Source: a virus
Length of the DNA: 64,000 nucleotides
IMG/VR virus record: IMGVR_UViG_3300029922_000055
Coordinates: 3,681 to 67,680 of that record
Strand: one strand, 5' to 3'
The position numbers and the translations under genes were made by a program. The notes below the pieces were generated by a model. The model saw only the letters and a program-made list of their open reading frames with translations, was not told the origin of the DNA and did not search any database. Shown in pieces: positions 1 to 8,532 of the stretch (position 1 is the first letter of the stretch; every line of letters begins with the position of its first letter).

Positions 1-91
1 ATGATGAATGGAAAAACAAAATATTGGAGCTTTTTGAGTGAGATGTTTTTGAAAGATTTAGAATTGTTTTAGAGAAACTTATCAAAAGCTT

Positions 92-622
92 TTAGAGATA
101 CTTTTTGAAAAAGTCTTCGTTAAGTTTTTTCGATTCTTTCTTTTCTTTTTCTCTCTGACGTTCTCTTTCTGCATGGACTTTAGAACTTACTTCCGCCTTG
201 ACGCTGTTCTTATTCGGAAAGGAAGATGCGTTTGTTTCGTTCCTTCCCCAAATCCGAAGACAAATTTTCTTACTGGTCCATTTACCATGTTCATCTTCTA
301 AAGGACCTATATTACTTCGCGCCCTAGAAATGAATCTGACAGCAGTCGAAATTGTAGACCATTCAGAATCAGACAAATTGGGAACTTTTTTATATTGGCC
401 ACGATATTTAGAAACCTTTTTTAATATCTCTTCCAATTTTTTACTTTCTTCTTTACCCGCCTTTACGTTTGCTCCCACTTTTTGAGCATCCGCCGGGGTT
501 TGGCTTACATTTTTTGCTTCGTCAGACTCTCTAGTCATACGAATTTCCGATGGAGTCATATTGATTATCCTGTCAAATCTAGCCCAAAGAATAATTTTCC
601 GAATTGGTGTTTTAATATCCAT
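92..622 (-). CDS. DUF3140-like protein
   Basis: Motifs F..IINMTPSEI, LSDSEW....AVRFISR and C-terminal LRIWG resemble DUF3140 (VNMTxxEL...LMNWGH). TATAAATA lies 5 nt upstream of the ATG. Confidence 0.55.
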   Translation of the reverse strand: MDIKTPIRKIILWARFDRIINMTPSEIRMTRESDEAKNVSQTPADAQKVGANVKAGKEESKKLEEILKKVSKYRGQYKKVPNLSDSEWSTISTAVRFISRARSNIGPLEDEHGKWTSKKICLRIWGRNETNASSFPNKNSVKAEVSSKVHAERERQREKEKKESKKLNEDFFKKYL

Positions 623-627
623 AAGAT

Positions 628-635
628 TATTTATA
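628..635 (-). promoter_or_regulatory. T4-type late promoter TATAAATA (near-leaderless transcript)
   Basis: Exact TATAAATA on the minus strand immediately before the ATG at 622. Confidence 0.6.
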
Positions 636-637
636 CA

Positions 638-754
638 TTAAAGAGATTCTAGTTGCCTAAGAATCTCTAAAAGTTTCTCAATAGTTTCCGGAGTTCCTTT
701 TCCACATTTTATCTCAGCTAACAAATCTTTCAATTCGGTTAGAAGAGATTGCAT
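638..754 (-). CDS. Small hypothetical helical protein (38 aa, MQSLLTELKDLLAEIKCGKGTPETIEKLLEILRQLESL)
   Basis: Hand-translated. Fills the gap between 756..1442 and 92..622 and starts 1 nt after the upstream stop. Confidence 0.5.
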   Translation of the reverse strand: MQSLLTELKDLLAEIKCGKGTPETIEKLLEILRQLESL

Positions 755-755
755 T

Positions 756-1442
756 TTATTCTAGACCAAATCTCTTCTTGTTAATCTTTGCAAACTCTGT
801 TTCGTATTTTCCATTGACTCTAGAATCTTTTGAAAGAGAGATGGTAGGATGTTTCTTAATCTCATCACCTTTCTTCATAGCAATATCGATCAGCCATTCA
901 ACATCTTTTTTATCAATCTTTGGGTTGCTTCTCAAAAGGGATGCGCGAATGATTTCTCTACGTTCTTTAGTTTTCCCATTGCTAATAAATTGGTAAACGT
1001 CATGCAGAAGGTTTGCTAAAGGTTTTGGTAAAGTTGCTTCCCCGTTAGCTTTAGCTCTTACCAAAGTTCCAATAAGTGCGGCTCCTAAAATACTTAAACC
1101 TGGAATAGCTATCGCACCGATTTGAGAAAGACTTCCGATATCTTCCTTAAGCAAAATTTTCTCACGGATATTGTCAAGGGCTTCCTGAATATTTGCCAAA
1201 TCGTCTGCAATGTCTAGTTCGGTCACGACGGAGATTTCGGATTCGTTTAGTTCAATCGCATTAAACCTATCAAATGTTTCCGAAAAATTTTCTAAAAAGC
1301 TTTGAACGGGGGTATCTTCTTCTATTGAAAGATGTATTTCTTGCTCTTCGGTTTCTTGGACCTCTTGGATTTCAGTTCCATCAAAATCTAAACTAGTTCC
1401 ACCCAACATTGAATTGAGCTTAAATAATTGTTCTTTGTGCAT
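756..1442 (-). CDS. Hypothetical late protein: acidic N-terminal region, hydrophobic segment, basic C-terminus
   Basis: ORF track. GAGG RBS and TATAAATA (1461-1468) upstream. Confidence 0.7.
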   Translation of the reverse strand: MHKEQLFKLNSMLGGTSLDFDGTEIQEVQETEEQEIHLSIEEDTPVQSFLENFSETFDRFNAIELNESEISVVTELDIADDLANIQEALDNIREKILLKEDIGSLSQIGAIAIPGLSILGAALIGTLVRAKANGEATLPKPLANLLHDVYQFISNGKTKERREIIRASLLRSNPKIDKKDVEWLIDIAMKKGDEIKKHPTISLSKDSRVNGKYETEFAKINKKRFGLE

Positions 1443-1460
1443 GTTAGCCTCTTTTAGAAT

Positions 1461-1468
1461 TATTTATA
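1461..1468 (-). promoter_or_regulatory. T4-type late promoter TATAAATA
   Basis: Exact consensus in the intergenic gap upstream of 756..1442. Confidence 0.65.
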
Positions 1469-1494
1469 ATCACAAAGATTTTAAAAACTATTTC

Positions 1495-2139
1495 CTAAAA
1501 CGTCTTTAGAAAATTTTTACATTCTATTTTTGATTTCTGAGATTTGTTAATTTGTTTATCATAATAACCCATCAATTTTGTATATAAGGATTTCAAAAAT
1601 TGCTGGCGAGTAACTTGAAAATTTAAACAAACTCTATTAGAATTTCTTAATTGAATCTGGCCTTTTCCTAACGCGCCTATAGTTAAACAATCAAATTCTA
1701 TGTTTTCTACAGGAGTAAAAATAACATCACTTACAACAAATATATTTTTATCTATGGTATATTTAACCAGTAAAATAGAAAAATAATTATTATTAGTTTT
1801 ATACAATTCTTTTAATTTTTCTACGGAAGTCAGATTAGGCATATTAAATTTCGTATCTAATCTGTGAGACTTTACATCTATAATATGAATAAAATTATCA
1901 CAATCGACAACAGTGAAGTCTGCCATTGATTTCCTACTATTCTTAAATCTAGTCTCTTTTACTAAATCTGTAGGAAATATTTCTAAAAGATTGTTTTTAA
2001 TAATTTCTTCAAAAAGTTTTCCAATAGAACGAACATCATTTTTAGACAACTTTTCCTTTATTTCATTGTTATCGTTTAGAATAGTTTTCGTATTTTCTTC
2101 TATCGTTTTTATAACTGATGCGTCATATAATTTAGACAT
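1495..2139 (-). CDS. Putative PD-(D/E)xK restriction endonuclease
   Basis: E..., SMAD-x12-IDVKSH catalytic pattern. Directly downstream of a DNA methyltransferase. Confidence 0.6.
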   Translation of the reverse strand: MSKLYDASVIKTIEENTKTILNDNNEIKEKLSKNDVRSIGKLFEEIIKNNLLEIFPTDLVKETRFKNSRKSMADFTVVDCDNFIHIIDVKSHRLDTKFNMPNLTSVEKLKELYKTNNNYFSILLVKYTIDKNIFVVSDVIFTPVENIEFDCLTIGALGKGQIQLRNSNRVCLNFQVTRQQFLKSLYTKLMGYYDKQINKSQKSKIECKNFLKTF

Positions 2140-2179
2140 TTATATTCTTTCTGTTGTGATATTTAATAGCAAAAAAAAA

Positions 2180-3106
2180 TTAAGACTTCTGATTTCTCTC
2201 TAAAAATACACCATTGACGTAACCTTGTATATTTTTGTTTTCTTCGACTTTTTCTAAACGCTTTTCCGAAATCACACAATACTTTTCGTCAATCTCTATT
2301 CCAGAAAAATTTCTTCCCAATTTTTTAGACACGACGGCAGTTGTTCCAGATCCCATAAAAACATCAAACACTACACCATTTTCCGGGCAGCTTGCCAAAA
2401 TTAGTTTTGCTATTAGCTTTTCTGGCTTTTGGGTAGGATGAATTGTATTTTCCGGCATGGACCAATAAGGAACCGTAATATCATCCAAAAAATTCGAAGG
2501 AAACGTCATTCTAAATTTTCCAGATCCGTCTTCTACCCAATCTTTTGCAACGCCGTCTTGTTTATACGGAGCAATTACTTTCTTTTTGGTTTTAATAGAA
2601 TCTACATCAAAATAATATTCGTCAGTCATTGTAGCAAATAGGATGTCTTCGGAACTATTTTTCCAATTTTTTGAAGCACCTCTTCCCTTTTCTCTTTGCC
2701 AGACAATCCTATTTCTTATTATCGCATATTTTTCTAAAACTGTATATTGCTGAACAGAACATTTCCAATCACCACAAAGATATATTGTTGCTGTTGGTTT
2801 TAACAATCTTATAATTTTACTAAACCAGGAATCCAAATATTCTAAGTATTTGTCGTTAGTTGTTTTTTTAAAATTTATTTCTCCAAAATTTTTAGATAAA
2901 TTGTAGGGCGGATCTAATATCAAAAGGTCTACGAAATTGTCTGGAAAATAATCTAACGCTTCAAATAAATCATTATTAAAAATTTTATTTAAAACATTTT
3001 CGACAGGTTCGTTGCTCGTTATTTTATTCAATTTATTAGAATATGTTTCTAAATCTTTTTCATTAAAATCTATTGTTTTGTTTCTTTCTGATTTTTCTTT
3101 TATCAT
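2180..3106 (-). CDS. Site-specific DNA methyltransferase, N4-C/N6-A, beta class
   Basis: DPPY catalytic motif precedes HPTQKP and the DVFMGSGTT SAM-binding motif. Confidence 0.93.
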   Translation of the reverse strand: MIKEKSERNKTIDFNEKDLETYSNKLNKITSNEPVENVLNKIFNNDLFEALDYFPDNFVDLLILDPPYNLSKNFGEINFKKTTNDKYLEYLDSWFSKIIRLLKPTATIYLCGDWKCSVQQYTVLEKYAIIRNRIVWQREKGRGASKNWKNSSEDILFATMTDEYYFDVDSIKTKKKVIAPYKQDGVAKDWVEDGSGKFRMTFPSNFLDDITVPYWSMPENTIHPTQKPEKLIAKLILASCPENGVVFDVFMGSGTTAVVSKKLGRNFSGIEIDEKYCVISEKRLEKVEENKNIQGYVNGVFLERNQKS

Positions 3107-3210
3107 CTGTTCCTTTTATTAGTATTTAGTAATTTCATAAAATACTCCTGTATAGTTGCATGATGGATATCTTTTTTAATATTCCAAAAATATGATCTAT
3201 TCCAATTCAT
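3103..3210 (-). CDS. Micro-ORF (35 aa), last and degenerate member of the micro-ORF array
   Basis: Hand-translated MNWNRSYFWNIKKDIHHATIQEYFMKLLNTNKRNR. ATGA overlaps at both ends. Confidence 0.45.
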   Translation of the reverse strand: MNWNRSYFWNIKKDIHHATIQEYFMKLLNTNKRNR

Positions 3211-3383
3211 AAAAGTTTCCTGTAAAGTTCCCTAGAAGGTTTTCTTAAAATCATATTAAAATTACTATCAGCGAATATATAAAACCAATCATTAATAAAT
3301 GCAGACTCTATATTTCGACAACTATTTAATCCTGGATTCATATCAAAAAATTTATTTTCAATTTTATCAAACAATAGAATCAT
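3207..3383 (-). CDS. Micro-ORF (58 aa), array member with weak motif
   Basis: Hand-translated MILLFDKIENKFFDMNPGLNSCRNIESAFINDWFYIFADSNFNMILRKPSRELYRKLL. ATGA overlaps at both ends. Confidence 0.6.
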   Translation of the reverse strand: MILLFDKIENKFFDMNPGLNSCRNIESAFINDWFYIFADSNFNMILRKPSRELYRKLL

Positions 3384-3565
3384 CTTAAACTTTCTTTAAT
3401 AATCTTTCCAAACTCATATTCGTTTTTAATAGTTCTCATAATTCTGTTTAAGAAATCTCTATTCAAATAAAATTTCTTAAGGTCGGCACAAGAACTAGGA
3501 TCGCTATTATAAAACGCATAATGATTTTTTGCATCCCAATAAACAAAAGTTTCATACGTTTTCAT
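3380..3565 (-). CDS. Micro-ORF (61 aa), array member
   Basis: Start revised to MKTYETF (TGATG overlap with upstream stop). Motif DLKKFYLNRDFLN. Confidence 0.7.
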   Translation of the reverse strand: MKTYETFVYWDAKNHYAFYNSDPSSCADLKKFYLNRDFLNRIMRTIKNEYEFGKIIKESLR

Positions 3566-3741
3566 CAAAAATTCAACCAACCTTTCGTCAAACTTTTCTT
3601 AAAATAGTAATCCAAAGATTTGAAATAAAAATTATAACCATCGTAATCTATAAAAACTTTTTCAAAATCTAACCAAACCCAACCAACATGCACATTTTCA
3701 AAAATATTCCAGCCATTTATTCCTTTAGTATTGTATATCAT
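3565..3741 (-). CDS. Micro-ORF (58 aa), array member
   Basis: Hand-translated MIYNTKGINGWNIFENVHVGWVWLDFEKVFIDYDGYNFYFKSLDYYFKKSLTKGWLNF. Motif DFEKVFIDYDGYN. Confidence 0.7.
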   Translation of the reverse strand: MIYNTKGINGWNIFENVHVGWVWLDFEKVFIDYDGYNFYFKSLDYYFKKSLTKGWLNF

Positions 3742-3938
3742 TTGAAAAGTTCTTTATAAATATTTTCGAATTCAGTAAGACTCGCATGATGTCCTGCAAC
3801 AAAAAAATCATTTGAAACATCTTTGTTTATAAAATAATCCTTAAAATCTAATTTAGAAGTATAATTAAAAATATCCCGCCAATTGAAATGGATGATGCGA
3901 TAAACATTAACTCTTTGAATTTTCTTAAGTTTTCTCAT
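3738..3938 (-). CDS. Micro-ORF (66 aa), array member
   Basis: Motif DFKDYFINKDVSNDFF. ATGA overlaps. Confidence 0.72.
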   Translation of the reverse strand: MRKLKKIQRVNVYRIIHFNWRDIFNYTSKLDFKDYFINKDVSNDFFVAGHHASLTEFENIYKELFK

Positions 3939-4153
3939 AAACTCTTTCTAATATTTTCATAAACTCTTTTATAAACTCTTTTATAAAAACTCGGAACAAA
4001 ATAATTTATAATAAAGTCATTTCTATTGTCAGATTCCAGAAAATATTTCTCAAAGTCTACAGGGAAATCATAATCAAAACATCCAGCATGATAAGGAGGA
4101 TTTCTGCAAAGTTTTTCTAAATCTATCTTCATAAAATATTCAAAATTGTTCAT
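3935..4153 (-). CDS. Micro-ORF (72 aa), array member
   Basis: Motif DFEKYFLESDNRNDFI. Internal 12-bp duplication (YKRVYKRVY). Confidence 0.72.
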   Translation of the reverse strand: MNNFEYFMKIDLEKLCRNPPYHAGCFDYDFPVDFEKYFLESDNRNDFIINYFVPSFYKRVYKRVYENIRKSL

Positions 4154-4337
4154 AAATTTTGTTCCAAGGCTTTCCGAAAACTTCTTTTATAAAATTATTT
4201 TGACAATCATTATCTAAAAATGTTTCTAAAAAGTCTAATTCATCTTGGCCCATAATAAGAGCTTTTGTATCATATCCGTAAGTAAAAATGACATAAGAAC
4301 ATGCTAAATAAAATCCAGAAAATTTTTCATGAATCAT
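4140..4337 (-). CDS. Micro-ORF (65 aa), array member
   Basis: Motif DFLETFLDNDCQNNFI. Overlaps both neighbours. Confidence 0.72.
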   Translation of the reverse strand: MIHEKFSGFYLACSYVIFTYGYDTKALIMGQDELDFLETFLDNDCQNNFIKEVFGKPWNKIYEQF

Positions 4338-4527
4338 GGAAATCCTTTAACATTTCTTCAAAAAATCCTACATAACTTTTTCTATTAAAACCTACATAAC
4401 TTTTTATATTAAAATTTTTAACATCGTATTCTAAAAAGATTTTCTTAAAGTCTAGTAAAAGTTTTATATTCCAAGTTTCGAAACCATTTTCCAAATCCCA
4501 TCTATAAAATGTTTCAAAGGTTTTCAT
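4327..4527 (-). CDS. Micro-ORF (66 aa), array member
   Basis: Motif DFKKIFLEYDVKN. Starts MKTFETF. Internal duplication KSYVGF x2. Confidence 0.72.
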   Translation of the reverse strand: MKTFETFYRWDLENGFETWNIKLLLDFKKIFLEYDVKNFNIKSYVGFNRKSYVGFFEEMLKDFHDS

Positions 4528-4684
4528 AAAAAGCTTTCCAGAAAGTAATCGTATAATTTTTCTTCAAAAATAAATTTTTCGTTTCATATTTTAAGAAAGA
4601 TTTTTTAAAATCTGCACCAGAACCAAATCCTAAATCATATCCAAATTTTTTATCACAAATTATAATATTAGAATATTTTATCAT
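4514..4684 (-). CDS. Micro-ORF (56 aa), array member
   Basis: Hand-translated MIKYSNIIICDKKFGYDLGFGSGADFKKSFLKYETKNLFLKKNYTITFWKAFYENL. Confidence 0.7.
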   Translation of the reverse strand: MIKYSNIIICDKKFGYDLGFGSGADFKKSFLKYETKNLFLKKNYTITFWKAFYENL

Positions 4685-4835
4685 AAAAAGCTTTCCAATT
4701 TGTCGGTGGTCTTTCTGTCATTATACAATTTGATAAATGATAGTCTAAAAACCATTTTTCAAAACAGGGAATTCTTCCAGAGCACCAGTTTAAGGTTTTA
4801 GGATTTATTAAAAAGAAATCTCGAAAATCATGCAC
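4668..4835 (-). CDS. Micro-ORF (55 aa, GTG start), first array member
   Basis: Hand-translated MHDFRDFFLINPKTLNWCSGRIPCFEKWFLDYHLSNCIMTERPPTNWKAFYDKIF. GGAG lies 7 nt upstream, inside the ligase 3' end. Confidence 0.65.
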   Translation of the reverse strand: MHDFRDFFLINPKTLNWCSGRIPCFEKWFLDYHLSNCIMTERPPTNWKAFYDKIF

Positions 4836-6648
4836 AGATATACTCCAGAAACTCCTCTACGGAAAGAATCTTAATTCCTAATTCTCTCGCCTTGGTAGCT
4901 TTCGAAGAAGTAGTAGAAGGATCCTTAACAACGAGCACTTGAGTATTCTTAGAAACCGAACTTGCTTCTGACCAACCAGCGGCCTCAACTTTTACTAAAT
5001 CGTCTCCATGAAATCTTACTCCAGTGATTACATATTTACCTGCGTTTACTGACATCTTTTTCTCCTGTTTAATTTGTTTTAAATTTACGAACTCGAAGAA
5101 CAATTCTTTTTTGTCAACCATTTCGGAAATAACGTTTGAATTGAAATTTGAAAGATTGTTCAATTTGTTTATTTCTGTAGCATCTTCGAAAAACTCTATC
5201 AAATCGAACCCAGAATCTACAATCTTTTGAGCAAGCCTTTCACCACAACTATTCAGAAAAGTATTGTAGACGATCTTAACATCAACTGTTCCGGAAATAT
5301 TTTCTAAAAATTTGTTAATCTTTTCTATATGACTTTCTCCTAGTCCATAAACGTTTCCGGAAAACTTTTTATTATACTTTATCAAATCATATACAGTATA
5401 AATCTCTTCGCTTTCAAAAAACTTTTCTATAATCTTTTCGGAAAGTCCTTCCGGATAAAAGTATGAAGAAAATGTATAAAGCCTTGACGAGTTTAAATTC
5501 TCACAGCTAGGATTTACACAAAATATATGCTCTCCATTTTGTTCTCCGTTAGAATTACAAACAGGGCATTTAGGAACAATTTCGGAAAAACTTTGCTTAA
5601 ATATTGTATTAAGATTTTTCGAAATTGTTCTCTCTACATGAGGAATAATTTCATTGGCTCTAGAAATTTCTACCACATGGTCTGCAAAAACTGGCCAGCA
5701 ATCCTTTTCTAAAGCCTTTGCATAGCTTCCTAGACTTGCCTTAGAGATAGTGGCTCCAGCTAATTGAACCGGCTCTAGAATGGCTACAGGAGTTAATCTT
5801 TGGTCTTTTCCTATGCTCCATTTGACTGACAGCAGTTTTGTATTTACTACTTCATCATCAAATTTGAAAGCGAGATATTCAGGGCCAGTTTTGAAAACTA
5901 CTCCGTCAGCATCATATGTATAATCGTCTTTATATTTTTTCTTGAATGCTTTCACATCAGTAAAAATTAAATTATCTACAGGAATTTGTTTTTCTACATT
6001 GAACCAAGTTTCCCAAGGATATTTTTCGGTTATGTCTTCCTTAGTATCTATATTTGTAAATGTATATGAAATAACATCTACCCATTTGAAAATATTCTCC
6101 CAATCATCTTGCCTAGAAATTGCACCAGCTACAGCATTCCTAGAAGATTTAGAAATATCGAATCCATTGTCTATTGTGTAATTTACTTTTTTAATCGCCG
6201 CCTCACTTCGAACAGCAAAGTTTTCTTTTACGGGAACAGTTTTCGGAAACTTTTTCTCAAATTTCGCGGTCCTGTCTATTCCTATATTATCTTTTCCTCT
6301 GGTCGCAACTTTATATTGATGCCCATTTTTATATGTGGCTAAAATAGAATTTCCATCAATTTTTGTAGATTGTGTAGTATTGGCATTAAGAAACTTTTTT
6401 AAAACGTTTATATCTTTTGTCTTAATTTCAATAGAACCAACTGGAATAGGATGTTGAGTTTTTTCCTTCTCATCAATTCCCTTCAAAACGTAACCATGGC
6501 CGACTTCAGTTAAAATACCATGATTAGGATCTAGCTTCCGGACTTGTTCTAACTTTTCGTCAAATTCTTTATCAGTAGCTGACGAAGTTCCCGTATCATA
6601 ATATTCTTGAGATAGTTGTTTAATTTCTTCTACTAGTTTTTGTAACAT
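4828..6648 (-). CDS. ligA: NAD-dependent DNA ligase
   Basis: Domain Ia YY..G....D.EFD, KIDG adenylation motif, TRG, DGVVFK, OB fold LTPVAILEPVQLAGATIS, C4 zinc finger, C-terminal BRCT. Confidence 0.95.
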   Translation of the reverse strand: MLQKLVEEIKQLSQEYYDTGTSSATDKEFDEKLEQVRKLDPNHGILTEVGHGYVLKGIDEKEKTQHPIPVGSIEIKTKDINVLKKFLNANTTQSTKIDGNSILATYKNGHQYKVATRGKDNIGIDRTAKFEKKFPKTVPVKENFAVRSEAAIKKVNYTIDNGFDISKSSRNAVAGAISRQDDWENIFKWVDVISYTFTNIDTKEDITEKYPWETWFNVEKQIPVDNLIFTDVKAFKKKYKDDYTYDADGVVFKTGPEYLAFKFDDEVVNTKLLSVKWSIGKDQRLTPVAILEPVQLAGATISKASLGSYAKALEKDCWPVFADHVVEISRANEIIPHVERTISKNLNTIFKQSFSEIVPKCPVCNSNGEQNGEHIFCVNPSCENLNSSRLYTFSSYFYPEGLSEKIIEKFFESEEIYTVYDLIKYNKKFSGNVYGLGESHIEKINKFLENISGTVDVKIVYNTFLNSCGERLAQKIVDSGFDLIEFFEDATEINKLNNLSNFNSNVISEMVDKKELFFEFVNLKQIKQEKKMSVNAGKYVITGVRFHGDDLVKVEAAGWSEASSVSKNTQVLVVKDPSTTSSKATKARELGIKILSVEEFLEYICA

Positions 6649-6679
6649 TTTTAATTATCCTTTCAATGGGGTCTAAAAC

Positions 6680-6718
6680 AAGATAACAAATTTAATCTAG
6701 CTTGTCAAGGACTTTTTA
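6680..6718 (-). promoter_or_regulatory. Sigma70-type early promoter for ligase, micro-ORF array and methyltransferase
   Basis: AAAAAGTCC-TTGACA (6708-6703), 17-bp spacer, TG-n-TATCTT (6685-6680). Same architecture as the promoters at 45209 and 49625. Confidence 0.8.
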
Positions 6719-7338
6719 GAGTATTTCCGAAAAATTTCTTCAAACCCTTTCGGAAGTCTTTTGAACTTTCCTCGAAGATGTATATTTTTCATGCTTCTAA
6801 GTTCTTTTATATCTGACAGCCCCACACTTTGTTTGAACCATGTCCGATGCTTTTTAACATAATTATAAAAGTTTAGATAAGTATATGCAACAAAAACATA
6901 CTCTTTTATATCTATGGGAAGAGAAAATTCTTTAATCATTTTTACGGAACGTCTTTCACAATCTAATTCCATATCTATAATTGATTGTATAATTTCCGAA
7001 ATTCTTTTTTTGGGTAATTCAATTTCGTGGTCGAGCCATGACCACAAATCTTCAGACATGTTAGAGCCACTTTCGGAAAGTTTTAGAAAAATTGGTTCTT
7101 GTTGTATATATTGTAGAAAATGATTAAACTCATGAACTAATACTTCTAGCCATCCTTCATCTTTGATTGATATTTCTAATTTCTTATCAATCTCGTCAAA
7201 AGTTCCTCCTACAGTATTTTTTCCTACTGTTAAATCATCCATAGAAAGAACTAAAGTAAAACGATACTTCTTTAGAGTAGAATCCACATAATCTAAAAAA
7301 TTTTGCGTTGGTTCATCTAAAGAAGATATCTTAATCAT
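6697..7338 (-). CDS. Putative zinc metallopeptidase-like protein (HExxH)
   Basis: VLVHEFNHFLQ plus downstream ELDCE. Confidence 0.6.
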   Translation of the reverse strand: MIKISSLDEPTQNFLDYVDSTLKKYRFTLVLSMDDLTVGKNTVGGTFDEIDKKLEISIKDEGWLEVLVHEFNHFLQYIQQEPIFLKLSESGSNMSEDLWSWLDHEIELPKKRISEIIQSIIDMELDCERRSVKMIKEFSLPIDIKEYVFVAYTYLNFYNYVKKHRTWFKQSVGLSDIKELRSMKNIHLRGKFKRLPKGFEEIFRKYSKKSLTS

Positions 7339-8327
7339 TACTCAAACGCCCTAATTATTTCTCCGACTAACTTATGCCTTTGAATATCTTGAAGGCCGAA
7401 TTTTACCATACCAACATCATCCACATCTTTCAAAAGTTCTACAACGCATTCTAATCCGGATTTTTCTGGTTTTGAAGATTTTATATCAGATTGGCTTCTA
7501 TCTCCAGTAATACAAACTTTAGTATTGTGACAGATACGAGTTAAAAGAGTTAGAATTTCATGCTTAGATAAATTCTGTGCTTCATCAATTATTATGAAAG
7601 CATTTTCGAAATTTCCTCCTCGAACGAAACCAACAGGAGTGTATAAGATTTTATTTTCTTTTAGTTTTTGCTCATATCCACGTTCGCCAAGCATTTCCAA
7701 AAAGGTTTCGGCAATTGGAGAAACATACACACCATATTTCTCGTCTAAATTTCCAGGAAGATATCCAATAGCATTTCCAACAGTTATCATAGGACGGACT
7801 ACAATAATTTTATCGTATCTACCATCATCTAGCATTTTGAGTGACATGCAAACACTTAGCTTTGATTTTCCAGTTCCTGCATGACCATACAACACAGAAA
7901 TAGTTTTATTCTTAATCATTTTAATAGCTAGTTCTTGATTTTCTGTTCTAGGACTGAAATCTTCGCCTTTATGGTTCTTATAAATCCCTTTGTATTTGCT
8001 TCCTGCTAAAGGTTTTGGTAAGAGCGAAGATATCAATTCATCTATATCAGAATCTTGAATATCGAAGTTTCTATCAAATGCATCAAAAAGCTTTTCTAAA
8101 ACTATAGCCGCTTTTCGACAATCATTTATTTCATTAGATGTGATAGTAAATCTTTCGCCCTTTGTATCAATCTTTACGTTAAAACTTTTCGAAATGTTTA
8201 CTAAATCTGTAGAAGCAAGTTTTCCTAACAAGTCTCTATCTGCCACATAGATAACTGTAGGAGATTGTTTGACTTCATCTACCTTTTCGATTTCCTTCAC
8301 CTTAGCTTTCTTAGTAATTTTCGGCAT
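7338..8327 (-). CDS. phoH: PhoH-like ATPase
   Basis: GHAGTGKS Walker A, IGYLPGNLDEK, RGGNF, IIDEAQN, TGDRSQSD, DIQRH. Confidence 0.95.
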   Translation of the reverse strand: MPKITKKAKVKEIEKVDEVKQSPTVIYVADRDLLGKLASTDLVNISKSFNVKIDTKGERFTITSNEINDCRKAAIVLEKLFDAFDRNFDIQDSDIDELISSLLPKPLAGSKYKGIYKNHKGEDFSPRTENQELAIKMIKNKTISVLYGHAGTGKSKLSVCMSLKMLDDGRYDKIIVVRPMITVGNAIGYLPGNLDEKYGVYVSPIAETFLEMLGERGYEQKLKENKILYTPVGFVRGGNFENAFIIIDEAQNLSKHEILTLLTRICHNTKVCITGDRSQSDIKSSKPEKSGLECVVELLKDVDDVGMVKFGLQDIQRHKLVGEIIRAFE

Positions 8328-8355
8328 AAATCTCCAAAATGGTTAATAGTAAATT

Positions 8356-8532
8356 CTAGATAAAACTTAAATCATCTGACTCTAAATCTTCTTCATTATC
8401 AAAAAACTTATCATCAATAGATTCTACGTCACGTTTTTCGGAAAGTTTGTGCATGTGTGCGAAATCTTCCGGAAATGGATTATTCTTAATTATTTCATCA
8501 AACTGGTCGAAAGAAAAATTTTCACTTTCCAT
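8356..8532 (-). CDS. Small acidic hypothetical protein (58 aa)
   Basis: Start revised to MESENF with an AAGGAG RBS. Confidence 0.55.
   Translation of the reverse strand: MESENFSFDQFDEIIKNNPFPEDFAHMHKLSEKRDVESIDDKFFDNEEDLESDDLSFI

Noticed and set aside
3103-4835. CRISPR array or integron cassette array as the explanation for the 160-200 bp periodicity
   Set aside because: Only one 17-bp junction is repeated exactly, the units are fully coding and overlapping, and there are no attC-like palindromes, cas genes or integrase.
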